A DNA stretch of 32,000 nucleotides from Acinetobacter wanghuae (GCF_009557235.1 NZ_CP045650.1:2070001-2102000), one strand, 5' to 3'; shown: positions 9,401-19,905, numbered from the stretch's first letter. Translations and numbers: made by a program. Notes: a model not told the origin generated them from the letters alone.

Positions 9401-11064
9401 TTTAAGTCCTGATCAATACCCACCAATAGTTCATCCGCTTCTTCTAAGAAGATATCAACAAGATCACCATCAAAGTCACGATTGGCATCAGGTGCATCTT
9501 GTTGTGCACGATCTGATGCAATACGTTGGTTGAGTGCAGCGAAATCGACCCCTGCGGCAGTCGGCATTTCAACAGATGATGCAACTTCAGAAACATCCTG
9601 TTTCTCGTCTGTATCAATTGCATGTTCTGCAACATCTGACTCAGCAAAAACTTCAATATCTTGCTGAATATAAGCTACCAATTCACTGAGTAAGTTCTGT
9701 GTTTCTTCAGTTAAAATGACCCGTTGACCAGCGGCTAATGTATCGAATAAATGAATAAATTCTTGATGTGCCTGCGCAAATAGCTCGTACACATAATTGC
9801 CGCTCAGCAATTGTGGTTTAACGATTAATGCATCATAAGCTAATTTTAAATCTGCGGTGAAATCATAAATGCCTTGCGATGCGCGGTTATCGGTATGTTG
9901 CAATAATTCCGCAGCTTCTTGACTAAGAATCTCAACATAGTTTGGATATTCATCTTGAATACGGCTATCAAATTCAAATTCAGCATCGAGCAATAAGTCA
10001 ATATTCAGTTCGATGAGTTTGCTGACAATACCTTGCGGTTGCAGCACTGCATTTGATTCATCATTGGCAAAGCCGTAATCATTCCAAATACGGTCAAATG
10101 TTTGATAAATCTGATGCAATTTTTCAGTATTACCTTGAGGCAGAATATGTAAATAATCACTGACAAATTCAACATATTGCTGCAAGAGTCCCGTTTCTTT
10201 AGAGCTTGAGCTAATTTCATCTTGGACTAAGTTTTTAAATAGGTTTTCAACTTTAGAACTGGCATCAAAGATTTCATCAATATGTGCCATAGACGAGCTA
10301 CCACGTAAAGTATGCAGCGCTCGAATCAGCCCATTATAATCTTGAGTTTTTTCATCTGTATTACTTAAGAATTTAGTAATCGTTGCAAGGTGCTCTTCCG
10401 CTTCTTCAAGGAAGATCGCTAGTGTTTCTTCAACATCACTCGCAGCAAAATGCGCATCAGCAGTTGCTACAGATACTTCTGTTGGTTCATTAATCACATC
10501 AGTATGAACGGCAGCTGCTGCAGTTTCTTCAGTACTTGCCCATTCTAAGCCTGTCAATTGCCCTTCAGCTGTTAACGTGTCGGCAAGACTGAGCAACTCT
10601 TCGAGCGAAGGTTCAGGACTTTGTTGTTTTTGTAATTGTTGACCTAAAAGCACCAATGGGCGCACATCAATGGTTAGGCTTGCAACCTGTTTGAAGCTTG
10701 GGTAAAGCGTATATTGAAAGACGTTCAATGCCGCTTTGGCATATTGTTGCACAGTCGGCGTTAACGGAATTGCGCCTGATTTAACTCGATTTAAGGTATC
10801 TTCAACTGCCCAAGCCAGTTCGCCTGCAACCTTTGCGCCCACCATGCGTCCTGAACCTTTTAAGGTATGAAAATGGCGACGTACTGTTGCAAGAATTTCT
10901 GGGTCATCAGGGTTCGATAACCATTGTGGAAATATAGCATTCAGCTCTTCAAAGATTTCCTCTAACTCCTCAACAAAAATATCTAAAATCTCTGCATCTT
11001 GAGTTAAATACTCATCTTCGGGAAGCAATGTCGTTTCTACTAAATTTTTTAATATTTCTTTCAT
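6469..11064 (-). CDS. chpA: Hybrid CheA-type histidine kinase ChpA of the Pil-Chp chemosensory system
   Basis: 1531 aa. Four Hpt signatures are present: H66 (HTLKGSGRMVG, codon 10867-10869), H251 (HTLRGSSSMAH, 10312-10314), H575 (HTLKGGANMIA, 9340-9342) and H800 (HSIKGGARMMA, 8665-8667). The kinase core carries AIDHGIE, DDGKGID and GRGVGLDVV (aa about 925-1245). A CheW-like domain spans aa about 1247-1385. The C-terminal receiver has VMIVDDS, LLDIEMPRMDG and GKPF. Confidence 0.9.
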   Translation of the reverse strand: MKEILKNLVETTLLPEDEYLTQDAEILDIFVEELEEIFEELNAIFPQWLSNPDDPEILATVRRHFHTLKGSGRMVGAKVAGELAWAVEDTLNRVKSGAIPLTPTVQQYAKAALNVFQYTLYPSFKQVASLTIDVRPLVLLGQQLQKQQSPEPSLEELLSLADTLTAEGQLTGLEWASTEETAAAAVHTDVINEPTEVSVATADAHFAASDVEETLAIFLEEAEEHLATITKFLSNTDEKTQDYNGLIRALHTLRGSSSMAHIDEIFDASSKVENLFKNLVQDEISSSSKETGLLQQYVEFVSDYLHILPQGNTEKLHQIYQTFDRIWNDYGFANDESNAVLQPQGIVSKLIELNIDLLLDAEFEFDSRIQDEYPNYVEILSQEAAELLQHTDNRASQGIYDFTADLKLAYDALIVKPQLLSGNYVYELFAQAHQEFIHLFDTLAAGQRVILTEETQNLLSELVAYIQQDIEVFAESDVAEHAIDTDEKQDVSEVASSVEMPTAAGVDFAALNQRIASDRAQQDAPDANRDFDGDLVDIFLEEADELLVGIDQDLNTWSKNHVDTTSLNNLMRYLHTLKGGANMIAASHIGSIAHELESIYERVIRKQIPVTSTLIQIIRLVQDNISDRIQSIRDDLVDYPAPAAIDILQNIQGIVDGQSTVHVAALEQTMSEVVVEAESASVTPDASTEENVTALESIDGVHTLSEAVDLETNEANDVLNESVAEHTEQDAEFEVTTKEVSPAFENKAVLSEEEELQSIVEETFLEEAEEILANTEKLLNQWFDQRSDRSLLLQLQRAVHSIKGGARMMANETIATIAYELETTFEQFAVHHFNSNAYDALLLKTLEWLKTAIFKREYDNFEHIRSALEAIEYVDVTAQLPERLTKTESLSASTSFEFVQGDGSEPPSMLGEWSESNNTDSNNEMIRISADLVEKMIDLSGENAINRSRIEMDLGQLGNTLNEMELAIKRLADQLRRMDGELESQIIAKHGNENSRYADFDPLEMDQYSSLNQLSKSLAESASDLVDFKSTLSNKIRDTEGLLLQQSRIQAEIQESLMRTRLVPFDRMLPRLQRIVRQTSTTLNRPAELIVQNTEGELDRTILERLVTPFEHMLRNAIDHGIEDTAERIALNKPEVGSIVLNISRQGTDVIVSFSDDGKGIDAERIREKAISLNLVQPEQAIDSEELLQFIFHPGFSTAKAVTQISGRGVGLDVVQSEIKSLGGHVSIQSELGKGTTFTIRVPTTVAVSDALMVKAGDQQFAISLAQIDRIVRIAPSTLETYFNSKEDFFKIDGQDYKLRYVSEFVSNQPIPRLNNVMHSLPVLLIKGNHGQTTALLVDQLVGSRAQIVVKPIGVQFANVGVVAGATILGDGQVCLILDGQNVARQIQATQRIKHHIDQREQRSSDSRRLVMIVDDSVTVRKVTSRLLERQGYDVVTAKDGVDAIEQLENIRPDLMLLDIEMPRMDGFEVTNLVRHHEIHRDLPIIMITSRTGEKHRERAFNLGVTHYMGKPFQEAELLANVQDLIAEKQG

Positions 11065-11179
11065 AGCTCAGGCTTCTTACGTCTTGCAGCCAATGGCTTG
11101 CGCAAACTTAATGATGACCAGCACGCGAGAACCCTCTCTCAATGTCAGGACATTTTCTCAACGCTTTATCTGTATTTGC

Positions 11180-11207
11180 ATGTGCCTTAACCTGAATTAA
11201 GGCACAT
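11180..11207 (-). other. Perfect 11-bp stem-loop in the pilJ-chpA intergenic region
   Basis: ATGTGCCTTAA-CCTGAA-TTAAGGCACAT. On the transcribed (minus) strand the hairpin is not followed by a U-tract, so it is not a canonical terminator. Confidence 0.5.
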
Positions 11208-11228
11208 TTTTAGCGCGGTTTAATCGCT

Positions 11229-13301
11229 TTATTCTGGTAATTTAAAGTCAGATACAGATTCACGTAATGCATCAGCCATGTTTGCCAACTCAGATACAGA
11301 TCGTGCTGTATCGAAGGTTGCTGTCGTGGTTTGCGAGGTAATTTCTTGTACGACATTCATGGTCGTTGCAATATGACCCGCCGATGCAGACTGCAATTTT
11401 GCCGCATCCGAAATGTTGGCAATCAATTTCGCAAGGTTATTTGATACTGTTTGAATTTCATCCAGTGCGACACCCGCATCCTTAGATAAGTTTGCACCAC
11501 GTACCACTTCAGATGTGGTTTGTTCCATCGACATTACCGCTTCATTGGTATCTGTCTGAATGGTTTTAACCAAGCTTTCAATCTGTTTCGTTGCAGATGC
11601 TGAACGCTCTGCTAGACGCTGTACTTCGTCGGCAACTACCGCGAAACCACGACCTGCTTCACCTGCCATCGATGCCTGAATGGCTGCATTCAATGCCAAG
11701 ATGTTGGTTTGGTCGGCAATATCGTTAATTAAGGCAACGATGTTACCAATCTCTTGAGATGATTCACCCAAACGCTTAATACGTTTTGAGGTTTCTTGAA
11801 TCTGTTCACGAATCGTGTCCATCCCCTCAATAGAGCGGTTTACGACATCAGCACCGTTCGCAGCAATTTGTACTGAACGCTCTGCAACCACCGCTGACTC
11901 TTCAGCATTGGCAGATACTTGGTCAATCGACATTGCCATTTCATTGATTGCGGCAGAGGCACCTGCAATTTCCTGTGCCTGATGTTCAGAGGCTTCGGCA
12001 AGCTGATTGGTAATGCCCTGAGTATTGGCAGTATATTGTGCAACTTCTTGCGATGTTTCGGTAATACGCGAAACTAGGTCACGCAGTTGATCAATCGCAA
12101 AGTTAATCGAATCGGCAATCGCACCAGTAAAGTCTTCCGATACCGTTGCATACGAACGTAAGTCACCATCTGCAAGATCGGCAATCTCATCGAGTAAACG
12201 TAAAATTGCGTTTTGGTTACGGTCATATTCTTCTTGTAAACGACCTACACGTTGTTTATCCGATACGCCACGTAAAGACAGTAATTTGAATACGCAAATC
12301 AAAAAGCCTGTCAGGAATAAGATCAACAGCAATGCTGGAATCGCAGTTTTAAGACCGGTATTGCTTGATAGTTTGTTTAAGTTTTCAAGTAAGGCATCCG
12401 ATTGAGCAAAAATCGAAGCCGATGCTTGGCGTACTTTTACAATTTGTGTGGAGTTTTGCAAAATCGTTGCTGATGCAGATTTTAATACACCATCATATTC
12501 AGATTTAATGCCTTCTAATGATTCGCGTAAGGTTGGATCTGAAATACGATCCACCCCAAGTTCACTTGAACCTGTGAGTTGCGCATTTAAATATGAACCA
12601 AATGTTTCAGTATCTGAGCTAAAGTCATCTGCAGATTCATGAGAGCCATCGGTACCTGTCAGCACCAAGCTAATTGAACGTAAAATACGTTCCGCAATGA
12701 ATACTTGGTTTTTCGCAATCACCACCTGACTCGATGGCATATCTTGACGTGCCATTTGGTCAACCATCAAGTTATATTCCGCCTGAATCCCTGGAATCGC
12801 TTCACCAATGGCAATATTGGTGTCATATAACTGGTTAATAATTTTTTGTTGTGAGGAAATCAAATCAATACTTTTTGATACTTCATTCCATTGTTGATCC
12901 ACAGCTTGAAGTGCATCATTATTGGCATGAATACTTTTTACTGTATTTAAGTTATCCGTAAATGACTTTTGTGATTCAGTCAATTTCTTCATGGCTTCAG
13001 GTGTGCCAGACGCAGTTGCCTCTGTTGCCTGACGTGAAATGGTTTGTGACAACAGACGCAAATCACCCAAGCTACGGGTCAATTCATTGGCACGAGGAAT
13101 AATATAGAAAAGAGACAATAAGATAATGGTCGCCGCAATTAAACAGCCCACTGCGCCATAAATCAGTGGTTTAGATTTTTCACTATCCCCAAATACACGC
13201 GACAATTGATCTGTTTGCGCCTGAATTTTTGCTAAAAAAGCATTGCTGCCTTTACGCGCCCCGCTTTCACCTGCATTTTTCTTTTTAAGCTTAAAGCCCA
13301 T
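11229..13301 (-). CDS. pilJ: Methyl-accepting chemotaxis protein PilJ
   Basis: 690 aa with two TM segments flanking a large periplasmic region. It has the highly conserved MCP signalling hairpin [51 protein letters not shown] and sits in a pilGHI-J-chpA context. Confidence 0.9.
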   Translation of the reverse strand: MGFKLKKKNAGESGARKGSNAFLAKIQAQTDQLSRVFGDSEKSKPLIYGAVGCLIAATIILLSLFYIIPRANELTRSLGDLRLLSQTISRQATEATASGTPEAMKKLTESQKSFTDNLNTVKSIHANNDALQAVDQQWNEVSKSIDLISSQQKIINQLYDTNIAIGEAIPGIQAEYNLMVDQMARQDMPSSQVVIAKNQVFIAERILRSISLVLTGTDGSHESADDFSSDTETFGSYLNAQLTGSSELGVDRISDPTLRESLEGIKSEYDGVLKSASATILQNSTQIVKVRQASASIFAQSDALLENLNKLSSNTGLKTAIPALLLILFLTGFLICVFKLLSLRGVSDKQRVGRLQEEYDRNQNAILRLLDEIADLADGDLRSYATVSEDFTGAIADSINFAIDQLRDLVSRITETSQEVAQYTANTQGITNQLAEASEHQAQEIAGASAAINEMAMSIDQVSANAEESAVVAERSVQIAANGADVVNRSIEGMDTIREQIQETSKRIKRLGESSQEIGNIVALINDIADQTNILALNAAIQASMAGEAGRGFAVVADEVQRLAERSASATKQIESLVKTIQTDTNEAVMSMEQTTSEVVRGANLSKDAGVALDEIQTVSNNLAKLIANISDAAKLQSASAGHIATTMNVVQEITSQTTTATFDTARSVSELANMADALRESVSDFKLPE

Positions 13302-13345
13302 CCAGCCTCTCCCCCGATTACGCCTTTTTTACTTTCGCGCAACAA

Positions 13346-13882
13346 TTAATTTATAAATTTTATAGATGCATTCATGAATTTTGGATTTTGCAACAATTGA
13401 CTGAATAAAAACACATGCCATTGTTGGCTATGTTGATGGAAGAAACCACGACAATAGTCTTGTAGGTTCTCATCCAATTCAGCATTTTTTGAAAAGAAAC
13501 TTTTCTTATTAAAGTGTTGAATCCCCAAAACTTGATCAACCACTAAACCGACATACTGATCATTATGGTTAATACATAATACTTTTTGAGTCGGTGTAAA
13601 TTGGCTCTTGTGACCTGAAACATAATGTGCCAAATCCGACACCGATAAGAGCCTTCCCCGAATATTCGCCAGTCCCACCACCCAAGCTTGAGTATTCGGT
13701 ACTGGCGTATATTTTGGAGGATAGATCACTTCGGATACTTCCCCCAGCGGAGCAACAAAATATTGCCCCATCATCTCAAAAGCAATGCCTGACCATCGGT
13801 TCACTTCATTTTCGTTAGAAACGTAGTTTTTATTACCACGCTTTGCTATACGAAGTAGCTCGATAAATCCATTTGCTGCCAT
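13346..13882 (-). CDS. pilI: CheW-like coupling protein PilI
   Basis: 178 aa. The CheW pattern is YFVAPLGEVSEVI...VPNTQAWVVGLANIRGRLLSVSDL...YVGLVVDQVLGI. It lies between pilH and pilJ. Confidence 0.85.
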   Translation of the reverse strand: MAANGFIELLRIAKRGNKNYVSNENEVNRWSGIAFEMMGQYFVAPLGEVSEVIYPPKYTPVPNTQAWVVGLANIRGRLLSVSDLAHYVSGHKSQFTPTQKVLCINHNDQYVGLVVDQVLGIQHFNKKSFFSKNAELDENLQDYCRGFFHQHSQQWHVFLFSQLLQNPKFMNASIKFIN

Positions 13883-13887
13883 AGCGC

Positions 13888-14256
13888 CTATCCTGCATTG
13901 AGGTGCTGCTTAATTACATCAATTAATTGTTGTTCATCGACTGGCTTCGTTAAGTAATCTGCAGCGCCCTGACGTTTACCCCAAACACGGTCAGTCGCTT
14001 GATCTTTCGTACTTACAATCACAATCGGAATATGTTTAGTGGTTGCGCCTCGTGCAATTTGACGTGTTGCTTGAAAGCCATTCACACCCGGCATCACCAC
14101 ATCCATTAAGACAAGATCAGGTAGTTCCGACTGCGCCATGGTCACACCATCTGCCCCATTCGATGCTTCGACTACCTCAAATCCATGTTTAGTTAAAATC
14201 TCTCTAAAACGGAACGTTTCTGTAGGTGAATCATCTACAATAAGGATACGTGACAT
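13888..14256 (-). CDS. pilH: CheY-like single-domain response regulator PilH
   Basis: 122 aa with receiver motifs ILIVDDS, LVLMDVVMPGVNG and TKP. It is the second gene of the operon. Confidence 0.85.
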   Translation of the reverse strand: MSRILIVDDSPTETFRFREILTKHGFEVVEASNGADGVTMAQSELPDLVLMDVVMPGVNGFQATRQIARGATTKHIPIVIVSTKDQATDRVWGKRQGAADYLTKPVDEQQLIDVIKQHLNAG

Positions 14257-14280
14257 GCTTTTCCCCCAAAAAAAATCAAA

Positions 14281-14664
14281 TTAAGCACTAATATGGTTAC
14301 GGATTGCGTTAAGCAATTCATCTTTACTAAATGGTTTAGTCAAATATTCATCCGAACCCACAACACGACCTTTCGCTTGATCGAATAAACCGTCTTTACT
14401 CGATAGCATAATCACAGGGATATTTTGGTAATTTTGAGAATTTTTGATGAGTGCACACGTTTGATAACCGTCTAAACGTGGCATCATAATATCGACAAAA
14501 ATAATATCTGGACTCGATTCTGCAATTTTTGATAGTGCTTCAAAACCATCCACTGCAGTGACGACTTCACAACCTTCACGCTGAAGAAGAGTTTCCGCTG
14601 TACGACGAATGGTTTTTGAGTCATCAATCACCATGACTTTTAGATTTTGGAATTTATCGTCCAT
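14281..14664 (-). CDS. pilG: CheY-like single-domain response regulator PilG
   Basis: 127 aa with receiver motifs VMVIDDS, IIFVDIMMPRLDG and TKPF. It is the first gene of the operon and has a GAAGGG Shine-Dalgarno. Confidence 0.85.
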   Translation of the reverse strand: MDDKFQNLKVMVIDDSKTIRRTAETLLQREGCEVVTAVDGFEALSKIAESSPDIIFVDIMMPRLDGYQTCALIKNSQNYQNIPVIMLSSKDGLFDQAKGRVVGSDEYLTKPFSKDELLNAIRNHISA

Positions 14665-14945
14665 TTCTTGACCCTTCTCATTTTAAGGACTATTAACAAT
14701 AGCGCTTATAGCATTATTTTATTAAGAATGATGATTATTTTTAACATACCTCACAAGGCATTATCAACGCACATTTTCCACGCAAGTCGACATAAAAGGT
14801 TTTTTTTAACAACAACTTCACATTTTATAATATTCATTGATTTATTTTTGACTTACACTAGTTTTTAATTGAGCGGTTTCAGTCTAATATATCATTATTA
14901 TTACTTTAAAATAAGTAATTTAGTCAACTTTAAATTGGGGTGCCA

Positions 14946-15587
14946 ATGATGAGTCAGTTTGCAGAAAAACTTGCTTGCATTGATAAAAATAAGTATCTAA
15001 GAGGTGTGCTTCTGTTCATCACGTTGACTTTACAGACAACGCTGAGTTACGCAGATGCTCAAAAAAAAGCCAAGTGGTATCGCTATTATGACAGCAAAGG
15101 TGTGGCAAATATCAGCACCAATGTGACACCTAACCATATCCGTTTTGGCTATGAAGCACTCGATCAAAACATGCAAGTGATTCAACGCGCACGCCCCTAT
15201 AATGTCGAAGCTGATATTCGACAAGCACCTCAACGTGCTATTCAGGCACAGCGCAAAGCCGAAGATAGCAAACTAAAACGTGCTTATAATAATAGTCATA
15301 CTGCGACGCAGAAAAAACAGGAAGCACTTACCCAAATTAAAAAACAATTGGTTTTTCAGCAAGACCAACTCAAACAATTACAAGCCGATCGCGTCATGTT
15401 TGTACGTCAAGAACGTGAGTTTGCGCGAAAAGGAAAGACTGCCCCTGAGCACTTAAAGCTTACGCTGCAAACCAACCAAAATAACATTACAAAGCAAAAA
15501 GAAAATATTCAATCTTTACAAAGTCGCTATCGAAATTTAGAAGCCGAATACGACAGAATAATCAGTCGCTTAAAAGCACTCGAATAA
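14946..15587 (+). CDS. DUF4124-domain secreted protein with a C-terminal coiled coil
   Basis: The track starts at GTG 14940; ATG 14946 is more plausible. It has a signal-like segment LLFITLTLQTTLSYA, then KWYRYYDSKGVANIS (the DUF4124 pattern), then a K/Q/E-rich heptad-like tail. Confidence 0.6.
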   Translation: MMSQFAEKLACIDKNKYLRGVLLFITLTLQTTLSYADAQKKAKWYRYYDSKGVANISTNVTPNHIRFGYEALDQNMQVIQRARPYNVEADIRQAPQRAIQAQRKAEDSKLKRAYNNSHTATQKKQEALTQIKKQLVFQQDQLKQLQADRVMFVRQEREFARKGKTAPEHLKLTLQTNQNNITKQKENIQSLQSRYRNLEAEYDRIISRLKALE

Positions 15588-15632
15588 TCCAGTCAATTCG
15601 GGCTTTTATAGACGGCGCTATAAAGGACTCTT

Positions 15633-16766
15633 ATGCAACTTAAATCGCACACCATGTTTCACCTGCTTCAATCCTCTCGCTTGGCTTTGATTGTCGGAAT
15701 TTTAAGCTTCAATTTTGCCCTCACGGGCTGTGGTCAGAAAGAACCCACTCAAAAACAAGCAGAGCCACAAAATATTGAATTAATTGCCCAAGATTTAGTT
15801 GCAGTTCAATCGGGTGACTCTGTGCAAATGACCGCCTTCACTGGGACGATACGTGCAGTCAATCAAAGCAGCATTCAAGCCCAAGTAAGCGCAACTGCAA
15901 CTAACGTCAATGCACAAGTCGGTGACAAAGTTCAAAAAGGGCAAATCTTACTAAGACTGAATAATCAGGACAATGCAGCACGTTTAGCCCAAGCCCAAGC
16001 CAATAAAGCCTCAGCACAAGCGCAAGCCAACCAAGCGAAATTGATGATGGAACGTAAACTACGTTTACTCAATCAAGGTTTTATTTCCAAAGTTGAATAT
16101 GAACAAAGCCGTGTCGATTACCAAGCACAACTTGAAAATGCCCGCGCCCAACAAGCCAATGTCGATATCGCACTCAAAGCGGATCAAGATGGTCTCATTA
16201 AAAGTCCAATCAGTGGTGTGATCACTGCGCGCCAAGTTGAACCGGGTCAAACCGTTGCAATCGGGCAAACCTTATTTGAAATTGTAGATACCAATCAACT
16301 TGAGATTCAAGCCAAAGTACCAAGCGATATGCAAAGCGCGCTCAGTGTTGGCAATCAAGTGGAATATCAAATTCAGGGCAATCCAAATCGTTTAACTGCG
16401 GTCATTAGCCGAATCTCCCCAATTGCTGATCAAGCCAGTCGTCAAATTGAATTCTTTGCTACGCCAAAAGAAACCTTGAGTTCACTGAGCATTGGTTCAT
16501 TTATTGATGGTAACATCATGAGTTCACAGAAAATTTCGGGACAAATTGTGCCACTCGATCTGGTCAAAAATATTGAGTCACAACCCTATGTGTGGATTGT
16601 GCGTCAAAATAAAATCATGAAAGTTCAAGTTGAACTATTAGAGCAACGCTACAAAGACAATATTGCGGTGGTTAGAGGATTAGAAACAGGCGACCACGTC
16701 AGTCGTCTCGAATTTACCGATGCTGATATCAAAAAAACCGTCACACTTGACTCAAAACAAAAATAA
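15633..16766 (+). CDS. RND efflux periplasmic adaptor (membrane-fusion) lipoprotein
   Basis: 377 aa with lipobox LTGCGQ. An alpha-hairpin region rich in AQAQ coiled coil is followed by the beta-barrel motif PISGVITARQVEPGQTV. It sits directly upstream of the RND permease gene. Confidence 0.85.
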   Translation: MQLKSHTMFHLLQSSRLALIVGILSFNFALTGCGQKEPTQKQAEPQNIELIAQDLVAVQSGDSVQMTAFTGTIRAVNQSSIQAQVSATATNVNAQVGDKVQKGQILLRLNNQDNAARLAQAQANKASAQAQANQAKLMMERKLRLLNQGFISKVEYEQSRVDYQAQLENARAQQANVDIALKADQDGLIKSPISGVITARQVEPGQTVAIGQTLFEIVDTNQLEIQAKVPSDMQSALSVGNQVEYQIQGNPNRLTAVISRISPIADQASRQIEFFATPKETLSSLSIGSFIDGNIMSSQKISGQIVPLDLVKNIESQPYVWIVRQNKIMKVQVELLEQRYKDNIAVVRGLETGDHVSRLEFTDADIKKTVTLDSKQK

Positions 16767-16784
16767 TCAAACAGGATCTTTGAT

Positions 16785-19700
16785 ATGTGGTTGACTCGAA
16801 TCAGTGTGAAGTACCCAGTCTTTACCATCATGATGATGTTTTGTTTGATGGTACTCGGTTTAGCATCATGGCAACGTATGGGCGTGGAAGAATTCCCCGA
16901 TGTGGATTTTCCTTTCGTCGTGATTTATACCAATTATCCGGGTGCATCGCCTGAAACAGTTGAATCTGAAATTACCAAAAAGCTTGAAGATCAGATCAAT
17001 ACCATTTCCGGTTTAAAACAAGTCATTTCACAATCGAGTGAAGGCTTGTCGATGATTACCACCGAATTTAATTTGGATGTCTCATCGACCACCGCAGCAC
17101 AAGACATTCGCGATAAAATTTCATCAGTAACCGCAGAATTTCGCGATGAAATTCAAGATCCCATTGTCGAGCGTTACGATCCGACCTCAAATGCAATTAT
17201 GTCGATTGTATTTGAATCCAATAATATGGATCTTAAATCACTCAGCTCTTATTTGGATCAACGTGTGGTTCCGCAACTGAGAACGGTTGCAGGCGTCGGT
17301 ACAGTGAATTTATTGGGTGATGCACAACGGCAAATCCGCATCGAAGTCGATCCACAAAAATTACAAGCCTACGGCATTGGCATTGACAGTGTCATTAACA
17401 CCCTTAAATCTGAAAATATTGAAGTTCCGGGCGGTACGCTAAAATCAAACAATTCGGAACTGGTGATTGAGATTAATTCTAAAGTCCAACATCCGCTTGG
17501 TTTTGGTGATTTAATTGTTGCCAATAAAAGTGGCGCACCTATTTTCCTCAAACAAGTAGCAAATGTAAAAGACACTCAAGCCGAACTTGAGTCTGCTGCC
17601 TTTTTAGATGGCAAAGCAGCTGTTGCGATTGATATTTTAAGAAGCTCAGATGCCAATGTTATTGAAGTAGTCGATCGCACCTATAAAACCTTAGACACCG
17701 TCAAAAGCCAACTTCCGCAAGGCACATCACTAAAAGTGGTCGTGGATTCATCTAAAAGTATTCGTGGCAGTATTGCCGATGTGGCGCGCACCATCGTTGA
17801 AGGTGCTGTGCTTGCCGTACTGATTGTACTGTTATTCTTAGGCTCATTCCGTTCTACAGCAATTACTGGATTAACGCTGCCGATTGCCCTACTTGGCACG
17901 CTCACTTTTATTTGGGCATTTGGTTTTACCATCAACATGATGACCTTACTTGCCTTATCACTCAGTATTGGTCTGCTGATTGATGATGCAATTGTGGTGC
18001 GAGAAAATATTGTGCGTCATGCCGATATGGGCAAAGACCATACGACCGCAGCCCTAGATGGGACGAAAGAAATTGGACTTGCTGTTTTAGCAACAACCTT
18101 GACGATTGTTGCTGTGTTCTTACCTGTGGCATTTATGGGCGGGATTATTGGGCGTTTCTTCTATCAATTTGGGGTGACGGTCAGTGCTGCCGTACTGATT
18201 TCCATGTTTGTCAGCTTTACCCTTGACCCGATGCTCTCTGCACATTGGGCAGAAAAGAAACCGGATCCCAATAAAAAGCCGAGTGCTTTAAAACGCTTCT
18301 TTAACTTTATCTCGAGCAAACTGGATAACTTAAGCCACGTCTACGAAAAGCTGCTTAAACTTGCACTTCGTTTCCGTTTCATCACGATTGTGATTGCGGT
18401 GGCATCACTCTTTGGTGCGCTGGGTTTATCCAAAATGATTGGAACAGAGTTTGTGCCTGTACCCGATAAAGGTGAAATTCGAATTAAGTTTGAAACCCCT
18501 GTCGATGCAACCTTGGAATATTCGCAAGCTAAGCTGCAACAAGTTGAACAGGTGATTCGTCAACATCCAGATACCCGTGGCACTTATGGTGTCATTAATG
18601 GATTGACTGATCGTGGTAAAAATCATGTGAGTATTCGTGTGACCGTGACCCCGCGTACTGAGCGTGAAAAAAGCTTAAGTGATATTAACAACGAATTCCG
18701 TGAACGTCTTAAAAGTATTGCCGGCATCAGCGTGACTTCAGTTGCCTCTGCGGATGAAACCGTATCGGGCGGTCAAAAACCGATTATGATTTCAATTAAA
18801 GGTCCTGATCTAAACGAGCTGCAAAAAATCTCAGATCGCTTTATGCTGGAAATGGCAAAAATTGATGGCGTGGTTGATTTAGAAACCTCACTCAAAGAAC
18901 CAAAACCAACACTAGATATGCAAATTAATCGGGTGTTGGCGAGTGATTTAGGTCTATCCGTCAATCAAATTGCCAATGCGGTACGCCCACTCATTGCGGG
19001 CGATGATGTCACCACTTGGCAAGATCCAAAAGGTGAAACCTACGATGTCAATCTGCGCTTAGCAGAAAGTAAACGTACTTTACCGAGTGATTTGCAAAAT
19101 ATGTATGTGACATCATCTAAAACAGATGCAAATGGTCAACCTATTCTCACACCACTTGCTAGCGTAGCAAAATTTGAAGAAAAACTGGGTGCTTCGCAAA
19201 TTAACCGTCGTGACCTTGCCCGTGAAGTACTCATTAAAGCCAATACCTCTGGACGTCCTTCAGGTGACATCGGTACGGATATTAGTGCGATGCAAGAAAC
19301 CTTTGAGCTACCTACAGGTTATAGCTTTGATACACAAGGCTCGAATGCAGACATGGCAGAATCGGCAGGCTATGCTTTAACGGCAATTACCCTGTCGATT
19401 GTATTTATTTATATTGTGCTCGGTTCACAGTTCAATAGCTTTATCCACCCTGCATCGATTATGGCATCACTGCCACTGTCCTTAATTGGTGTGTTCTTGG
19501 CATTGTTCTTGTTTAACTCCACCATGAACTTATTCTCGATTATCGGGATTATTATGTTAATGGGGCTTGTGACCAAGAATGCGATTCTCCTCATCGACTT
19601 TATTAAAAAAGCGATGGATCGTGGCGAAGATCGTTATGATGCCATTATTGCAGCGGGTAAAACGCGACTCCGTCCGATTTTAATGACCACAAGTGCGATG

Positions 19701-19892
19701 GTGATGGGCATGGTGCCGCTGTCTTTAGGTTTAGGCGAAGGCGGCGAACAAAGCGCACCGATGGCACATGCCGTGATTGGCGGTGTGATTACCTCGACCC
19801 TACTGACCTTGGTGGTGGTTCCTGTGATCTTTACCTATTTAGATGACTTTAAGAATTTTATGTCGCGCCAAGCCCGTAAAATCATGTCATAA
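16785..19892 (+). CDS. RND efflux permease (AcrB/AcrD/AcrF family)
   Basis: 1035 aa with a 12-TM architecture and two large periplasmic loops. The TM4 region [17 protein letters not shown] and the N-terminus [14 protein letters not shown] are typical of the family. Confidence 0.9.
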   Translation: MWLTRISVKYPVFTIMMMFCLMVLGLASWQRMGVEEFPDVDFPFVVIYTNYPGASPETVESEITKKLEDQINTISGLKQVISQSSEGLSMITTEFNLDVSSTTAAQDIRDKISSVTAEFRDEIQDPIVERYDPTSNAIMSIVFESNNMDLKSLSSYLDQRVVPQLRTVAGVGTVNLLGDAQRQIRIEVDPQKLQAYGIGIDSVINTLKSENIEVPGGTLKSNNSELVIEINSKVQHPLGFGDLIVANKSGAPIFLKQVANVKDTQAELESAAFLDGKAAVAIDILRSSDANVIEVVDRTYKTLDTVKSQLPQGTSLKVVVDSSKSIRGSIADVARTIVEGAVLAVLIVLLFLGSFRSTAITGLTLPIALLGTLTFIWAFGFTINMMTLLALSLSIGLLIDDAIVVRENIVRHADMGKDHTTAALDGTKEIGLAVLATTLTIVAVFLPVAFMGGIIGRFFYQFGVTVSAAVLISMFVSFTLDPMLSAHWAEKKPDPNKKPSALKRFFNFISSKLDNLSHVYEKLLKLALRFRFITIVIAVASLFGALGLSKMIGTEFVPVPDKGEIRIKFETPVDATLEYSQAKLQQVEQVIRQHPDTRGTYGVINGLTDRGKNHVSIRVTVTPRTEREKSLSDINNEFRERLKSIAGISVTSVASADETVSGGQKPIMISIKGPDLNELQKISDRFMLEMAKIDGVVDLETSLKEPKPTLDMQINRVLASDLGLSVNQIANAVRPLIAGDDVTTWQDPKGETYDVNLRLAESKRTLPSDLQNMYVTSSKTDANGQPILTPLASVAKFEEKLGASQINRRDLAREVLIKANTSGRPSGDIGTDISAMQETFELPTGYSFDTQGSNADMAESAGYALTAITLSIVFIYIVLGSQFNSFIHPASIMASLPLSLIGVFLALFLFNSTMNLFSIIGIIMLMGLVTKNAILLIDFIKKAMDRGEDRYDAIIAAGKTRLRPILMTTSAMVMGMVPLSLGLGEGGEQSAPMAHAVIGGVITSTLLTLVVVPVIFTYLDDFKNFMSRQARKIMS

Positions 19893-19905
19893 TTTAATCC
19901 AGCTT

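Noticed and set aside
6859-10220. Numerous 60-91-aa ORFs on either strand inside chpA (for example 6859..7059, 8297..8572, 9291..9533, 9444..9656, 10005..10220)
   Set aside because: All are nested in or antisense to a long gene with strong domain evidence. These are typical shadow ORFs. The same applies to short ORFs inside pilJ, pilI, the RND genes, proS, dapE and apbC.
14665-14945. Promoters for pilG and the divergent DUF4124 gene in the 280-bp AT-rich spacer
   Set aside because: Several TTGACT- and TAATAT-like hexamers occur, but none has convincing 16-18 nt spacing, so I cannot support a specific call.
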